A stretch of 63,313 nt of DNA, counting the filler, from Octopus bimaculoides (taxonomy: Eukaryota): assembly GCF_001194135.2 (NCBI RefSeq). It is 5 parts of 5 records of this genome, joined end to end, with 100 filler letters (N's around TTAATTAATTAA, not from the genome) between each part and the next. Parts side by side here need not be neighbours in the genome. Positions count along the whole stretch, not along the records: positions 35,388 to 60,655 come from NC_069003.1; positions 60,756 to 61,879 come from NW_026332322.1; positions 61,980 to 63,313 come from NW_026418848.1; 2 more parts are not named here. One strand, written 5' to 3'. The notes under the pieces were generated by a model, which ran no database searches, was not told the origin of the DNA, and saw nothing but the letters and a program-made list of their open reading frames with translations. Below, piece by piece: positions 47,671 through 63,268 of the stretch. How positions within the stretch are numbered: position 1 is the stretch's first letter; each line of letters starts with the position of its first letter. Both the position numbers and the translations under genes were made by a program.

Positions 47671-48859
47671 AGATTGTGAATACTGCAAATGTAAAACTCT
47701 TCAAGTGCCATTGGAGTATTGTAAATGCCTGGAGTATTGTACATGAGAGGAATACTGTAAATGATGGAGAGATTCAAATGAGTACTAAAAAGAGCAGAGG
47801 GTTGCAAATAGCAGAAGTTCAGCACTTGTGAGTAGTCTTTGATGTAGGGAGGGCTGCACCCTTTTCTTTGAATTAAACAAAATAGAAGAAAAAAAAAACA
47901 CTCACACAAAACAGAGGAGAGAGAGGGACTGGCAGACACCTTAATCAAAGAATTATTAGAAAAACACACGAGTTTTTGGTAGCGCCCCCTATATTATCCA
48001 AAGAGAATGTTACGGGTAAAAAGATTTTTACATCAGATGCAAAATAAAATATATATTTTTAGAGTATTTGATGAAATTAGACCTAAATTCTTTTGATTTA
48101 AAATCAACGTTAGATATGTATATTCTATAGACCTTAAGGCGATATTAGATTTCTATAAACATATTCTATGGGGCTTAAGGCATGAGGTACGACCAATGAT
48201 AAATATATGCATTCTATAGATCTGAAACCAATATTCAGTAAAAATATGCTATTGCTTTTAAGACAGACCGAAATATATATTCTGAGGAATTTTAAATATA
48301 TACATGTGTGTGTGTGTATGAGAGAGAGAGAGTTATTTTAAGATCAAAACTAAATGTATAATCTATGGATTTTGAAGCAAATGAATCTATATATTCTATC
48401 AAATTTAACAGGAAAGTAAATATATATTTTATAGTGAAGCTTTTGTATTTATGTAATGGCCAAGCAACGTCTCTACTTCACAGATTTTAAGGCAATGCTA
48501 GATAGAGAAAAAGACAACAACTCTAAATGTGTATTCTTTAAAAACTGCTCAGGCAAAATTAAAGATATATTTTTGAATTGAAAGCAAACTGTTCCATGGG
48601 ATCAGAGGTTCTCATGCTAATATCAGTTTCTGATTGGAACAATTCCCTTGGTTGTTCTTGCTCGACTGCTGTTGTGGCTCCCATCCATTCCCACTTTGGA
48701 CATGTTTGGTAGCTTTGTTGAGAGTACAAGGTGTCCTGTTGTACTTTGTATTCCGACAGATATAATCCTACTTTGTAGCAAAGAATAAACTCACATCGAG
48801 TGAAGAAGATTTGGCTTGAGCAAGAATCTTTGAACTATCTGCAATATTCAGAACTCACA

Positions 48860-48897
48860 CGTGTGTGTATGTGTGTGTGTGTGAGTGTACATATATA

Positions 48898-48933
<36 letters not shown>

Positions 48934-49041
48934 CAGAAAAATTTCCATAAGAGTTACCTCAAAAAGAGCCTCAGAAGGATAGAATGACAAGTATTTTAGG
49001 ATGAAGTTTTGGTATTGTGTGTTTACATGTATCTATCAATG

Positions 49042-49103
<62 letters not shown>

Positions 49104-49238
49104 GCTATCTATCTATCTATATATTTATCTATCTGTCTATCTATAATATGTATGTGTGTGTATGAGTATGTGTGCATATCTATATATCTACACAGACATG
49201 TATATATGTTACGTATATATGTTCATATATACTTTATG

Positions 49239-49293
<55 letters not shown>

Positions 49294-49511
49294 TATACAT
49301 AATATGTTTACATGTGTATATGTATACATGATGTATATGTAATATGCCTACATGCGTATATAGAATTATATCTACATATAATGCATTCGTGAATAATGTT
49401 AAATGTAAATGTTGTTTAGACGCATCCATGTATCTATAGGCTTTAAATAGACTTTTGTATGTAAAATGTATGTGTGCATACATATATATGTATGTATATA
49501 TATATATGTAA

Positions 49512-49553
<42 letters not shown>

Positions 49554-49932
49554 NNNNNNNNNNATATATATATATGTATATATATATGTATATGTATATG
49601 TATATACATATATGTACATACACATATATTTATATGTATGTATATATATACATATATACATATATATACACATACACACACACACACACATATATATATA
49701 CACACATATATATGTTTATATATATATATATATGTATAATTGTATTTGTGTGTGTATGTGTGTGTGTGTGTGTGTGTGTGTAAATATATGTAGTCTTTGT
49801 CGGTGTGTATATATATATATATGTTTGTGTGTGAAAACCCAAGAAGAAACTAGATTAAAGGCAGGGATCTAAAGAATACTTATCTGATTGAATCTTGTCA
49901 AACATTTTACACATTCTTTCAGTTATTCTCTT

Positions 49933-49963
<31 letters not shown>

Positions 49964-50054
49964 TATGTAGTCTACAGCTCACGTGTTTATTTATTTATTT
50001 TATTTTATTATTTTTTTTATGAATTCTCTCATTCAGTTATTTGTATGTCATGTA

Positions 50055-50087
<33 letters not shown>

Positions 50088-50214
50088 TTAATGATAGTAT
50101 TAGTATTGCTGTTTTGCATATATTTTTGTTGTTCTTGTTGTTGTAGTATTGTTACATTATTACAATGCATTATACAGTAGAATACTGCATGTATAGAATG
50201 TATTTGCATATAAG

Positions 50215-50261
<47 letters not shown>

Positions 50262-50419
50262 TTGTATGTATATATACACACACACACACTTGTGTGTATA
50301 TGCATATATTTATGTATATAAGTTTTTATATGTGTACATATGTATATATATAATATGTATAAATGCATATATATGTATTTATATTTATATATGTGTGTTT
50401 GTGTATGTGTGTATGTGTG

Positions 50420-50454
<35 letters not shown>

Positions 50455-51405
50455 NNNNNNNNNNNNNNNNNNNNNNNNNNNNNNNNNNNNNNNNNNNNNN
50501 NNNNNNNNNNNNNNNNNNNNNNNNNNNNNNNNNNNNNNNNNNNNNNNNNNNNNNNNNNNNNNNNNNNNNNNNNNNNNNNNNNNNNNNNNNNNNNNNNNNN
50601 NNNNNNNNNNNNNNNNNNNNNNNNNNNNNNNNNNNNNNNNNNNNNNNNNNNNNNNNNNNNNNNNNNNNNNNNNNNNNNNNNNNNNNNNNNNNNNNNNNNN
50701 NNNNNNNNNNNNNNNNNNNNNNNNNNNNNNNNNNNNNNNNNNNNNNNNNNNNNNNNNNNNNNNNNNNNNNNNNNNNNNNNNNNNNNNNNNNNNNNNNNNN
50801 NNNNNNNNNNNNNNNNNNNNNNNNNNNNNNNNNNNNNNNNNNNNNNNNNNNNNNNNNNNNNNNNNNNNNNNNNNNNNNNNNNNNNNNNNNNNNNNNNNNN
50901 NNNNNNNNNNNNNNNNNNNNNNNNNNNNNNNNNNNNNNNNNNNNNNNNNNNNNNNNNNNNNNNNNNNNNNNNNNNNNNNNNNNNNNNNNNNNNNNNNNNN
51001 NNNNNNNNNNNNNNNNNNNNNNNNNNNNNNNNNNNNNNNNNNNNNNNNNNNNNNNNNNNNNNNNNNNNNNNNNNNNNNNNNNNNNNNNNNNNNNNNNNNN
51101 NNNNNNNNNNNNNNNNNNNNNNNNNNNNNNNNNNNNNNNNNNNNNNNNNNNNNNNNNNNNNNNNNNNNNNNNNNNNNNNNNNNNNNNNNNNNNNNNNNNN
51201 NNNNNNNNNNNNNNNNNNNNNNNNNNNNNNNNNNNNNNNNNNNNNNNNNNNNNNNNNNNNNNNNNNNNNNNNNNNNNNNNNNNNNNNNNNNNNNNNNNNN
51301 NNNNNNNNNNNNNNNNNNNNNNNNNNNNNNNNNNNNNNNNNNNNNNNNNNNNNNNNNNNNNNNNNNNNNNNNNNNNNNNNNNNNNNNNNNNNNNNNNNNN
51401 NNNNN

Positions 51406-51467
<62 letters not shown>

Positions 51468-51964
51468 TGTATATATACATATGAATATATATGTATATGT
51501 ATATATATATATGTGTGTATGTGTGCGTGTGTATATAATGTAGGCAGAGGCATGTCAGCTGTGTGGTTAAGGAATTTGCTTCCGTCTCCTTCTGGTTTTG
51601 GTTCCAGTCCCATTCCGTGGAACCTTTGGCTAATGTCATCTTTGATAGCCATTGACCATTGCAGCCTTGTGATTGAGTCTGAGTGAACGAGGGAAAAACA
51701 GAAACCTTTCTCAAGCAATATTCACAAGCTTTTTGTTTAAAGCTCTATGTGGCTGCTTCCAGATTTGTTATTCCCAAAAGGAATTGTAATCATGTGTGCG
51801 CACGTGTGTGTGTGTATGTGTGCGTGTGTGTGTATGTGCGTGTGTGTGTGTGCGTATACACACACACACACATATATTTGTAGTGTAATATTTAGATTCA
51901 TAGAATCATGTGGCTATCGTAGAAAGCTACCCTCATACCTCCTGACATTTTATGGTTTATATAT

Positions 51965-52020
<56 letters not shown>

Positions 52021-52021
52021 G

Positions 52022-52055
<34 letters not shown>

Positions 52056-52429
52056 TACACACACACACACGCACACACACATATATAGGTATTTAGATGA
52101 AATAAGCAAATATATATATAATATATATTTATATACATACATATACGTATAAATTGATATATATATATATGTGTGTGTGTGTATTAAGTAATGTGTGTGT
52201 GTGCATGTATGTGTGCGTGTGTGTGTGTGTATCAATGTATTGCTATATAAAAGTTTATGCCCTTGCAGCAGGCTTCTGTTAATTAGCTCGTTATGGTGCT
52301 ACTAGGAGAAGTTATCTCATCAATAATCAGCCAGTTGCTACTGGCATTTGGTAATAAGGAAAAAAAATGTTGAAGTAAGGAATTATGGAAAAGAAACATG
52401 CCATACGTATTGGATAAGCATTGGTGTGT

Positions 52430-52462
<33 letters not shown>

Positions 52463-52599
52463 CGTAATTGCAACACATGCACGCGTCCACATACCCAAAC
52501 ATTCGTGTATATATGAAAATATATATACATTTGTTCTTGTGCATACATATATATATATATATATATATATAATACAAAGAATATGTATGCATGTATACC

Positions 52600-52640
<41 letters not shown>

Positions 52641-52720
52641 GTGTATGTATGTATCCATATATGTACATGCATGTGTACATATATATATATATATACACAT
52701 ACGTATACACACACATGTTA
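48860..52720. repeat. Microsatellite field: (TATC)n, (TA)n, (TG)n, (GA)n
   Basis: Directly visible; (TATC)n at about 49020-49140, with (TA)n flanking the gaps. Confidence 0.92.
51541..51690 (+). mobile_element. Degenerate SINE family A head
   Basis: taggcagaggcatgtcagctgtgtggttaagg...ggttccagtcccattccgtggaacctttggctaatgtc. Confidence 0.6.
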
Positions 52721-52794
52721 TTACTGAAAGCATAAATATATTCTAATTTGATCTTTTTCAATTATATTTTCTCATATCTCTGCATCAGAAATTT

Positions 52795-52995
52795 ATAGTT
52801 TGTTTGCAACGACAAAGTCGGTCTTCCGGCTCTTTACGTTCTGAGTTCAAATCTCACTGAGGTCAATTCTGTCTTTTATTCTTTCAGGGTTGATAAAATA
52901 AGTACCAGTCAAATACCGTGATTGATGGAACTGGTTAACCGCCCCCCCCCCGCCCCACTCTGACTCCTAAAATTACTGACCACAGTAATTTGGGA
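52795..52995 (+). mobile_element. SINE family C
   Basis: tttacgttctgagttcaaatctcactgaggtcaattctg...gggttgataaaataagtaccagt. Confidence 0.75.
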
Positions 52996-53559
52996 CAATC
53001 GTTATCATCATCATTGCATATTTTTATATCATTTGATTTTCTGTAATTCCCCTCGTTTTATGTCTGTTTTTCTTATCACGCCTGCACCCCCTCCACCATC
53101 TATCATCCCCCCCTTCATTCATAGTTCCCCCTTATCTCCCCTATCTCAGCTATCATCTACCCTTCATCTATCACCCACCCCTCCATCTATTGTTCTCCCT
53201 TATTTATCATCTCCATAATATAGAATTACCCCACTCAGCCATTGTTCCCCCCACCCCCATCCCGTCATATGATACCCCACCATCATCTGCCATCCCTCCT
53301 TATCTGTTGTCTTGGTGATAATCAAAAATATCCCTCTCTTTATTCCCCATTGCTCTAGCCTACACAGTTGAAATGAATCCCAGCACCCCCATCTCTCTCT
53401 CTCTCCCCCCTCTCTCTCTCTCCCTCTCTCCCTCTCTCACTCTCCCTCTCTCTCTCTCAACTCTAACAATATCAACTCTTCTCCCATGTCCCCAATGGAT
53501 GTTGAACCCCCCCCCCAAATGGTTTCATTTCATGTAAGACTTCCCCTGGGTTACAACTG

Positions 53560-53700
53560 GTATTCCACACCACTTTTCTCTTCCATTCAAAGTACGTTTC
53601 TCACACAACTTCCACTGCACAATCCTGTTAATGTTATCACACTTCTTTTTGTACTTGTCTTGTGCTCACGCACTGCTCTCGTTTGCACTTTATTGACATC
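53560..53700 (-). mobile_element. Decayed RLE-element fragment
   Basis: The minus strand reads KYKKKCDNINRIVQWKLCEKRTLNGREKWC, resembling YKKRHDNxxRxVHWKLC...KWY. Confidence 0.5.
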
Positions 53701-53913
53701 AAGAGCATTTACAAACTTTGAAGAGAACCTGGAATCAGTCCTTTTCTCAAACTGCTTCTTCCATTCCATACAATGCCATGGTTACAAGCACGGCAATCCT
53801 GGGCAGTCTTTGACTTTTACTTTGCAAAATGGGTTTTCAATCCAGCATTTATATCTTATTATATATAGCTATATATGTACTCCAAGACCCAATTCCAAAG
53901 AAGAATTATACAA

Positions 53914-53945
<32 letters not shown>

Positions 53946-53998
53946 GATGTATGTATGTATGTAAGTATATTATGTATGTATATATATATATGTATACA

Positions 53999-54039
<41 letters not shown>

Positions 54040-54216
54040 GCAGTGGTGCACCAGCATGACCGCAGCCACTTGGCTGAAACACATNNNNNNNNNNCACCAG
54101 CATGACCGCAGCCACTTGGCTGAAACACATAAATAAAAAAAAAATATATATATACATATATACATATATACATACATATATACATATACATATATGTGTT
54201 TGTATATATGTATGTA

Positions 54217-54262
<46 letters not shown>

Positions 54263-54507
54263 NNNNNNNNNNNNNNNNNNNNNNNNNNNNNNNNNNNNNN
54301 NNNNNNNNNNNNNNNNNNNNNNNNNNNNNNNNNNNNNNNNNNNNNNNNNNNNNNNNNNNNNNNGGGGGCACTGGGTTTAGGGGTGGGTGTGGCATGAGTG
54401 TGGAGGGGGAAGGCAGGACAGAAAGATTAATAATATATTTTATTGGAGAGTTTTTGCTGTTAGTTGGCTGTTTGCATTTGTGTGTGTGTTTGTGTATGTT
54501 TGTGTGC

Positions 54508-54544
<37 letters not shown>

Positions 54545-54552
54545 TGTGTGTT

Positions 54553-54588
<36 letters not shown>

Positions 54589-55208
54589 CCCTAATTAAAA
54601 AATGAAAAAAGTACAATTTTTCCCTATTTATCAAATATAAACATTTTTTTTGTGATTCTTAGGCATTTTTGATGAAACAATTACACATATACTAGCATAC
54701 ACATACACACATATATATCATGTACATGACATACACACACGCATGTGTTTATATATATATATTCCCAGAATTATTGTATAGAGACAACTTTCATAATTGC
54801 ATTTTATAGATCCACCATATCACCACCGTCCTTCGCTTGTGAATACGTATCTGTGTGTGTGTGTGTGTGTGTGTGTAACAAATATATCTGTCCACTCTAT
54901 TGAATGTATTAAGTACAACATCAGATAATCTTTGCACTATGGTAAATATATTTTGATATACTTTAGAACTTATATTAAAATGTGTGTTTGTGTGTGTGTG
55001 TGTATGTGTATAATATGTATGTAAGCATATATGTATTATATATATGCAGTATATATATGTGTGTGTAACATATATATGAATATATATAAATATATATATG
55101 TTACATATATATATATGTATATATATATATATGTATACATATATATATATTTATATATGTATATATATATGTGTGTGTAATATATACATACATATATGTG
55201 TGTGTGTG

Positions 55209-55247
<39 letters not shown>

Positions 55248-55260
55248 CTATATATATATG

Positions 55261-55300
<40 letters not shown>

Positions 55301-55959
55301 GTATATGTAACATATGTGTGTGCGTGTAATAATATAGAGTAAAAGACTCATTCGGTCAAGATTTTGTAGAAAAATTAAAAATTTTTTCATTTCCAAAGAC
55401 AATTCCCAAAAAAGAAAAAAAAAATAATGCATAAAAAATATAAGGGATTAGAGAGTAAAAAAAAACAACAGAGAAACAAAGAAAGCTAATTCTAAAGAAT
55501 GGCATAAAAATAATATCAAATTAATATAAAAATAATATTAGAAATATTATAAAAATAATATAAAAATAATAATTAAAATAATATAAAAATAATAAAAAAA
55601 TAATATAAAAACAATATAGCAAATGTAATAAAGAAACATGACTTTTACAAATCTAATAGCAGATAAACAAAATGAAATCCAATAACATTGCTTGTTAAAA
55701 GAATTTGATAGAGGAGACCCTAACACAGGGGCAGGGAGTAGTTTTCTAGTGTAAATCTCAAAAACCTCATTCTGTTACCATTTTCTTTGCTTCTTTTTTT
55801 TTTATGTCTTTATTTTGTCAGATTTTGATGTTTGCATTATGATTTCTCTCTCTAATTGGAAGAGTATCTCTTTCAAGGCAATCTTTTAATAGAAAGTCAG
55901 CTAAGATGTACAGCGTTGTTAACAAGAGGCACCAACAGCAAAAAAACGATTTGAAAGAA

Positions 55960-56004
<45 letters not shown>

Positions 56005-56204
56005 TGCATGTCATACAAAACAGCACTGCTAGGCACTTCACATATTCAATTTAGTGTGCTTTTAATACAATAAAAGTAACAGAACTGTAACAAAACATTA
56101 CTCATACTCAAGGCATACAGAGCTATATTCAGTGATTCTGTGAGAAAAGGCAATAAAAATAAGACTTCTGAATAATAATCATAAAAATAATAATGATGAT
56201 GATG

Positions 56205-56267
<63 letters not shown>

Positions 56268-56274
56268 GTAATAA

Positions 56275-56480
56275 CAGTTTGTGATTTAGACACTTTGGTC
56301 AGCTTTTTTGAGGGGAGGGCGTTAGCCTATACCACTGACTCCAGTAGTTGACTGGTACTATATTTTAAAGGTCCTGGAGGTATAAATGGCAAAGTTTATT
56401 TCAGTAAGATTTGAAACCCTAAATGTAAAAGGCCAAAATAAGTGCTGTTAGTCTTGTACTCTGGTTCTTTACATTCCTTT
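56275..56480 (-). mobile_element. SINE family C after a (TAA)n run
   Basis: gaggggagggcg...cccagtagttgactggtact...atttgaaaccc, the reverse-complement family C layout. Confidence 0.6.
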
Positions 56481-57400
56481 GCATGAAATGCCTTACTTTG
56501 AAATACAGCCAAGGATTAGAAACAGGAAGGGTATCCAGCTGTAAAATAATGCTTCAATAATACATTCATCTAACCCATGCCAGCATAGAAAAACAGACAT
56601 AAAATTATTGTAATATTAATATAAGGATAATGGAGAGAAAAAATGATGAAAATGCAAAGAAGTTGGCTTATGTTTCTTCTTCAATTTCTGAGGCTGACTT
56701 GACTTCTCATCTCCCCAGGGTCAAAAATAAAAATAGGTGCTAGACAAGTACAAAATAATGAATGACTTGATTAAATTACCAGCATGTCCCCCACCCTACC
56801 CGACCACTCAATATTATGCTCTTCTGATCCTTGTTGGATGCAAATCCTAAATAATTCAAAATATTAGCTTCTTTAGTTGATATTTGTTTTATTTTTTTTA
56901 TTTCCATGTTTCCAATATTCAAATTATTGTTTGTATTTTTGCTGTTATTTTCCTTTTAAGAATTTTTTTTTTAAATGGAAAACAACAGAAAAAAATTAGT
57001 TTAAAAAATTTAATAATTCAAACAGAAATTTATTGTTTAATTTGATTCTTTTAAATCGATTAAATTTTAATATTTAAATTTTTAGGTGCAATATTTTGTC
57101 AAAGGTGGGTGAGGCTGGGGTAGGGGCAATTCATTGAATTAAGTTTTGTGCAATTACATCATCATCATCATTGACATTATCATTGTTGCTATCACCACCA
57201 CCACCACCAACACTAATTATTATCATCATTCTTTCTTTTCTTATTATTATTTTGTTGCAATTTGTAGAATTGCTAGTCCGATGGACTAGCAATCATAGTG
57301 TATCATAGTATTTAGTTGTATCCTTTTATATTCTGAGTTCAAATCCTGCTGATGTTAATTTTGTCTTTAATCTTTCCATGGTTGAAGGTGGTGGTTTCTT

Positions 57401-57564
57401 GTGCTCCAGCACCTGATCTGTTTGGATCGGTAAATCCCAGAGGATTCTGCTAGTCTCTGACTCCACCACTCTGTTTGGTTTGTGCTCATACTACGTCTTG
57501 CCCCTCTCTAGCCCCCACTTTTTGCACAGTTTCCAATGTAGCACCTTCACTACCTGATCGTGTC
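57401..57564 (-). mobile_element. Internal RLE fragment, same subfamily as 28404-28920
   Basis: RHDQVVKVLHWKLCKKWGLERGKT*YEHKPNRVVESETSRILWDLPIQTDQVLEH; nucleotide-level similarity to 28710-28870. Confidence 0.85.
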
Positions 57565-57855
57565 ACCAAAACTTTTAGTTTAACATCCATTTCTGTATAA
57601 CAGCCTGTTCTTTTTGTGTGTATGGGTTGGGCATGTCTCATCCATGTCAGCTTTGGTATGGTGGCTTCAGAATGATGCTGAGAGTTTCCTGGCTTTCTTC
57701 GACTCATTTAAATTTCAGTTAATTATGTTGAATTCATAATTCATAATTTGGATGGTTTGTGTATTTCCATTTAGGAATCTGTTGTAGACAACACTAACAT
57801 TGTCTAAAAGCCACCATTTTAATACTGAGACCTGTTAGTAACATGAACTGTCTCC

Positions 57856-57889
<34 letters not shown>

Positions 57890-58159
57890 ATCTGTTTATC
57901 TGTCACTCCTTTCTCAGTATCTGTCTTAATCATTCACATAAATGCATACACATGTTCATACTTCCTATCTTACTCATTCACACACACACACACACACTCT
58001 CTCTCCCTCTCCCTCTCCCTCTCCCACCATTTCACTTACTGTAAATATGTATGTATGTGCATATGTATATAGTTACGTTTGTATTTTTATATTTATGTAA
58101 GCATGTAAGTATGTATGTGTCAATATATCTGATTGTATTTATAATATATGTATGTATAT

Positions 58160-58199
<40 letters not shown>

Positions 58200-58880
58200 T
58201 GGTTGATTTTGCAAGGCAGAGCAACACACTTATCAACAAACTTTGCCTTCTGTCACATCTGCTTCACACTCAAATGGAAGCAATTGGGGTATTTTTACAT
58301 CCCAGAAGTTCTTCATCCTCTTCGTATAACCAATTAAAGAACTTGCCCCAGTCCTTGTGCAGAATTGCTACATAAAGTTCACAAGAGCTCCACTCGGCCC
58401 TTTTGCAACCTACAATGGCTGATTTGGTTTCTTTGTGTTGCCACGGGATATGTTGCAGCATTTCCACCACCATATTATTAATTAATCACATCACTTCATT
58501 ACTGGTATAGTCTTCTCTAAACAAATGCTTTTTTGCATTTATCAAAACCATTTCTCTTTTATCCATGTTTCTATCTCTAACAGAAGTGTTGGTCTTCGTA
58601 TTCTTTATATGAAATGATCAATCATCTGTGACTTTGACTCTGTGTATGTATATATGTATATGTTAGTAAGCACCACATATGGCTATGGATATGTGATTAG
58701 TTCTGCATATGCGTGCATTTGTAAATATATGTGTATATCATATTCAATGTTTTCAAGCACTTAACAAAACTTAAGTGATATCAGTAAATGCCAACAGGCA
58801 ACATGTATTTCCTTAAGAAGACATTTCTTCTTCTTCTTCTTCTTCTTCTTCTTCTTCTTCTTCTTCTTCTTCTTCTTCTT

Positions 58881-59991
<1,111 letters not shown>

Positions 59992-60655
59992 GAATGGAGG
60001 GAAATGGTAGTCGTGTTAAATTCTTGTCTGAGTGGTGGAAAGCTTCCTGAATGAACGCCACAACATCCCAATTTGTCATGTCTAAACCTGCAACCTTGAT
60101 CCTTGGCAAACATTTTGAGTCATTATTGTTGTTGTTGTTGTTGTTGTTGCTGTTATTGTTTCCCTTTACTAATTTTTGTTTGTTTTAATTTTTATCTGTT
60201 TATTTTCTGTGGTGTGTATGTGTGGGAGAGGGACGGAGAGAGAGAGAGAGAGAGAGGGTGAAGGAAAGAAAGAAGTGATCAGTGAGATGGAGAACGATGG
60301 ACAAATTTCTTCTTTTTATCTTTTCATGAAATGTGAATTATACGGTATCTGTCTTGTTTGTTATCATTTTCTTCTCTCATGTTATCAAAATACAAAAAAA
60401 AAAAAAAAAATTGTCGCTGCTGTACGTACATGGATGCAAATTTTGTGACGTCATGTGTTCAAATTGCACTCCCGGAATATTTAAAAATTTCTCCCCCCCC
60501 AAAAAAATATTAAAAAAAAAATTAAATATATATCAAACAAAATTTTTTTAACTCGCTTTTTTTTTTACAAAAATGAGAAGAAAAAAAACAAAATGAAATG
60601 AAATTTTTTTTAAAAATTGAATAAATTATTATAATTAACAAGAAAAACATTGAAA

Positions 60656-60755
60656 NNNNNNNNNNNNNNNNNNNNNNNNNNNNNNNNNNNNNNNNNNNNT
60701 TAATTAATTAANNNNNNNNNNNNNNNNNNNNNNNNNNNNNNNNNNNNNNNNNNNN
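60656..60755. other. Assembly spacer N44-TTAATTAATTAA-N44
   Basis: Same 100-bp construct. Confidence 0.95.
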
Positions 60756-61139
60756 AGAAGAAAAAGTACTTGGAGTATAGTTCCATTCCAACAGTAAACA
60801 TCTATCTAAAGAATCCTTGTGGGTATTTTCCGGAGATAATTGTAGTTGCAAAGGTAGATATATATCATATCGTATCCAGTGTACTCTGTGCATTGTTTAC
60901 TCAAAGGATAGTCCGAATCAAGTGAGAGATGTGTGTAGTCGGTATACAGCACTTACTCGGTATTGCCTGTATCTTTAGGGTTTGGTTGGCTCCAATACCC
61001 TTCATAACCTTTATATATATATGCAGATATATACTTCCATCTATATGTCTTGCAAACAATTTGCACATGCAAGTTCTACCAGTCGAGAACTCCGCAGACT
61101 GGAAGCCAGTAAGTCTATGAGGTCATCAAGAGAAAATGT

Positions 61140-61400
<261 letters not shown>

Positions 61401-61498
61401 TCTGTAATCGTTACCAATATAGCATAAGATTTCACCTCAAAGGATCATTGATTAGATTTCTTAAGGATCTTTCTCATTGTTTATATTTCCAAAGTTTT

Positions 61499-61810
61499 AA
61501 ATTTATACATTTAAAAAGGAGAGATTCAACACCGGATTTATATATCCAAATTCTTCATTCAATGTAAACATTTCTGTGTTTGACTATATTCAACCATTAA
61601 TAAGTTATATATATTAATCGTCTCACACGTCATCAGGAATGATTTTCATTAGAACAAAATACCAAAAGAAAACATAATGAATCGATCGAACAAATCAAAT
61701 ATTAATAAACTATATCATTTTCCGTTAAACACGAGTTCTATTTACATTGAATGAAGAATTTGGATATATAAATCCGGTGTTGAATCTCTCCTTTTTAAAT
61801 GTATAAATTT
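61499..61810. repeat. Perfect 70-bp inverted repeat with 172-bp spacer
   Basis: 61499-61568 is the exact reverse complement of 61741-61810 (aaatttatacatttaaaaaggagagattcaacaccggatttatatatccaaattcttcattcaatgtaaa). Confidence 0.92.
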
Positions 61811-61879
61811 TTATATGTATGTATATATGTATATATATGTATGTATATCTATATATGTATATATATATGTATGTATATA

Positions 61880-61979
61880 NNNNNNNNNNNNNNNNNNNNN
61901 NNNNNNNNNNNNNNNNNNNNNNNTTAATTAATTAANNNNNNNNNNNNNNNNNNNNNNNNNNNNNNNNNNNNNNNNNNNN
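61880..61979. other. Assembly spacer N44-TTAATTAATTAA-N44
   Basis: Same 100-bp construct. Confidence 0.95.
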
Positions 61980-62129
61980 CACACACACACACACACACGA
62001 GTATAGCCATATCATCAAAAATGACAGCTTTATTAATTAGAGTGAACGGTGCATTCGTTCAAAGGAAATTAAATATTAAATTCTTTCTTTTCAAAATATT
62101 AACTTCTGTATATACATAAACACATACTC

Positions 62130-62743
62130 TGTGTATGTGTACATGTATATGTGTGTGTGCATGTGGTGTGTCTATGTATGTGTATGAGAAACAGAGAAAG
62201 AGAAAGGGAGTATGCATGAGTTAGTGTGAAATTAAATATTAATTTATTTTCTTTTGAAAATGTCTTCTATATCATGTAATATACAATATATATATTAAAT
62301 TTTAAATTCGTTTCTTGGCTTTGGAAATAGTCATCTGTAACACGCACGCCATATACAGTGTGTGTACGTGTGTAAAAATACACACACACATACACACACA
62401 ATCTTATGTGTATATTTGTGTATGCGCCTATATATGCATATGTATATGTACGTATATGTGTTTAAATATACATGTGTGTGTGCTTAAATTTACACATACA
62501 ATTATGTGTGTATTTGTGTGTGTGTGTGTATGAACATGTGCATATATGTGTATAAATATACATATGTGTGTGTATCAATATACATGACATGTATGCATGT
62601 ATTATGTATGTATGTATGCACGCATGTGTGTATGCATGCATGCTTGTAAGTTTTATGTATGTATTCATGCATGCATGTATGTATCTATGTATGTATGCAT
62701 GTATGTATGTATGTATGTATGCATATATGCATGTATGTATGTA

Positions 62744-62777
<34 letters not shown>

Positions 62778-62813
62778 CATGCATGTATGTATGCATGCAT
62801 GTATGCATGTATG

Positions 62814-62847
<34 letters not shown>

Positions 62848-63268
62848 CGATATAAGTATCAAAAGAATAAAGCTTAACAAATAAAATTGCTTAACGCTTA
62901 AATGGGAGGAGAAAGGAAACTAATATTTCGAGCTTTAGTCCTTCATCAGAAGAATATAAGAAAATAAAAATGAGAAGCATAGGAAAGTAAGAAAGATAAA
63001 ACGTCAGTATAAAAAAAAAGAGGGGTGAAGGTTAAAAGCTAAGGAAGAATGCCTTTCTATTGGGAGAATTAAGATAGGAAGGGACGACTGTGTAGAAACG
63101 AATATATGACAGTACCTGTGTCTTGTAGGAGGCATAAAGGGGAAAGTAGTGTGCGTGCATGCTTGTGTGTGCGTGCATGCTTGTGTGTGCGTGTGTATGT
63201 GTGTATGCGTGTAGTGATGTGGAAGTATGGAAGTACAGTGGTGTTAGTTAGTGGACGTATAACGTGTA

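Noticed and set aside
54047-54130. Direct duplication of caccagcatgaccgcagccacttggctgaaacacat
   Set aside because: The two copies flank a 10-N gap, typical of an unmerged contig overlap of a SINE tail.
55440-55630. AT-only quasi-periodic tract (also 40800-40950)
   Set aside because: Low-complexity sequence with no stable unit.
57486-57707. 73-aa minus-strand ORF (MSRRKPGNSQ...) as a possible exon
   Set aside because: Its 3' half is an alternative frame of the RLE fragment at 57401-57564.
60756-61120. Short ORFs and GTAAGT donors on both strands in the orphan scaffold
   Set aside because: There is no recognisable domain, the acceptors are weak and mutually incompatible frames are equally plausible, so no call can be supported.
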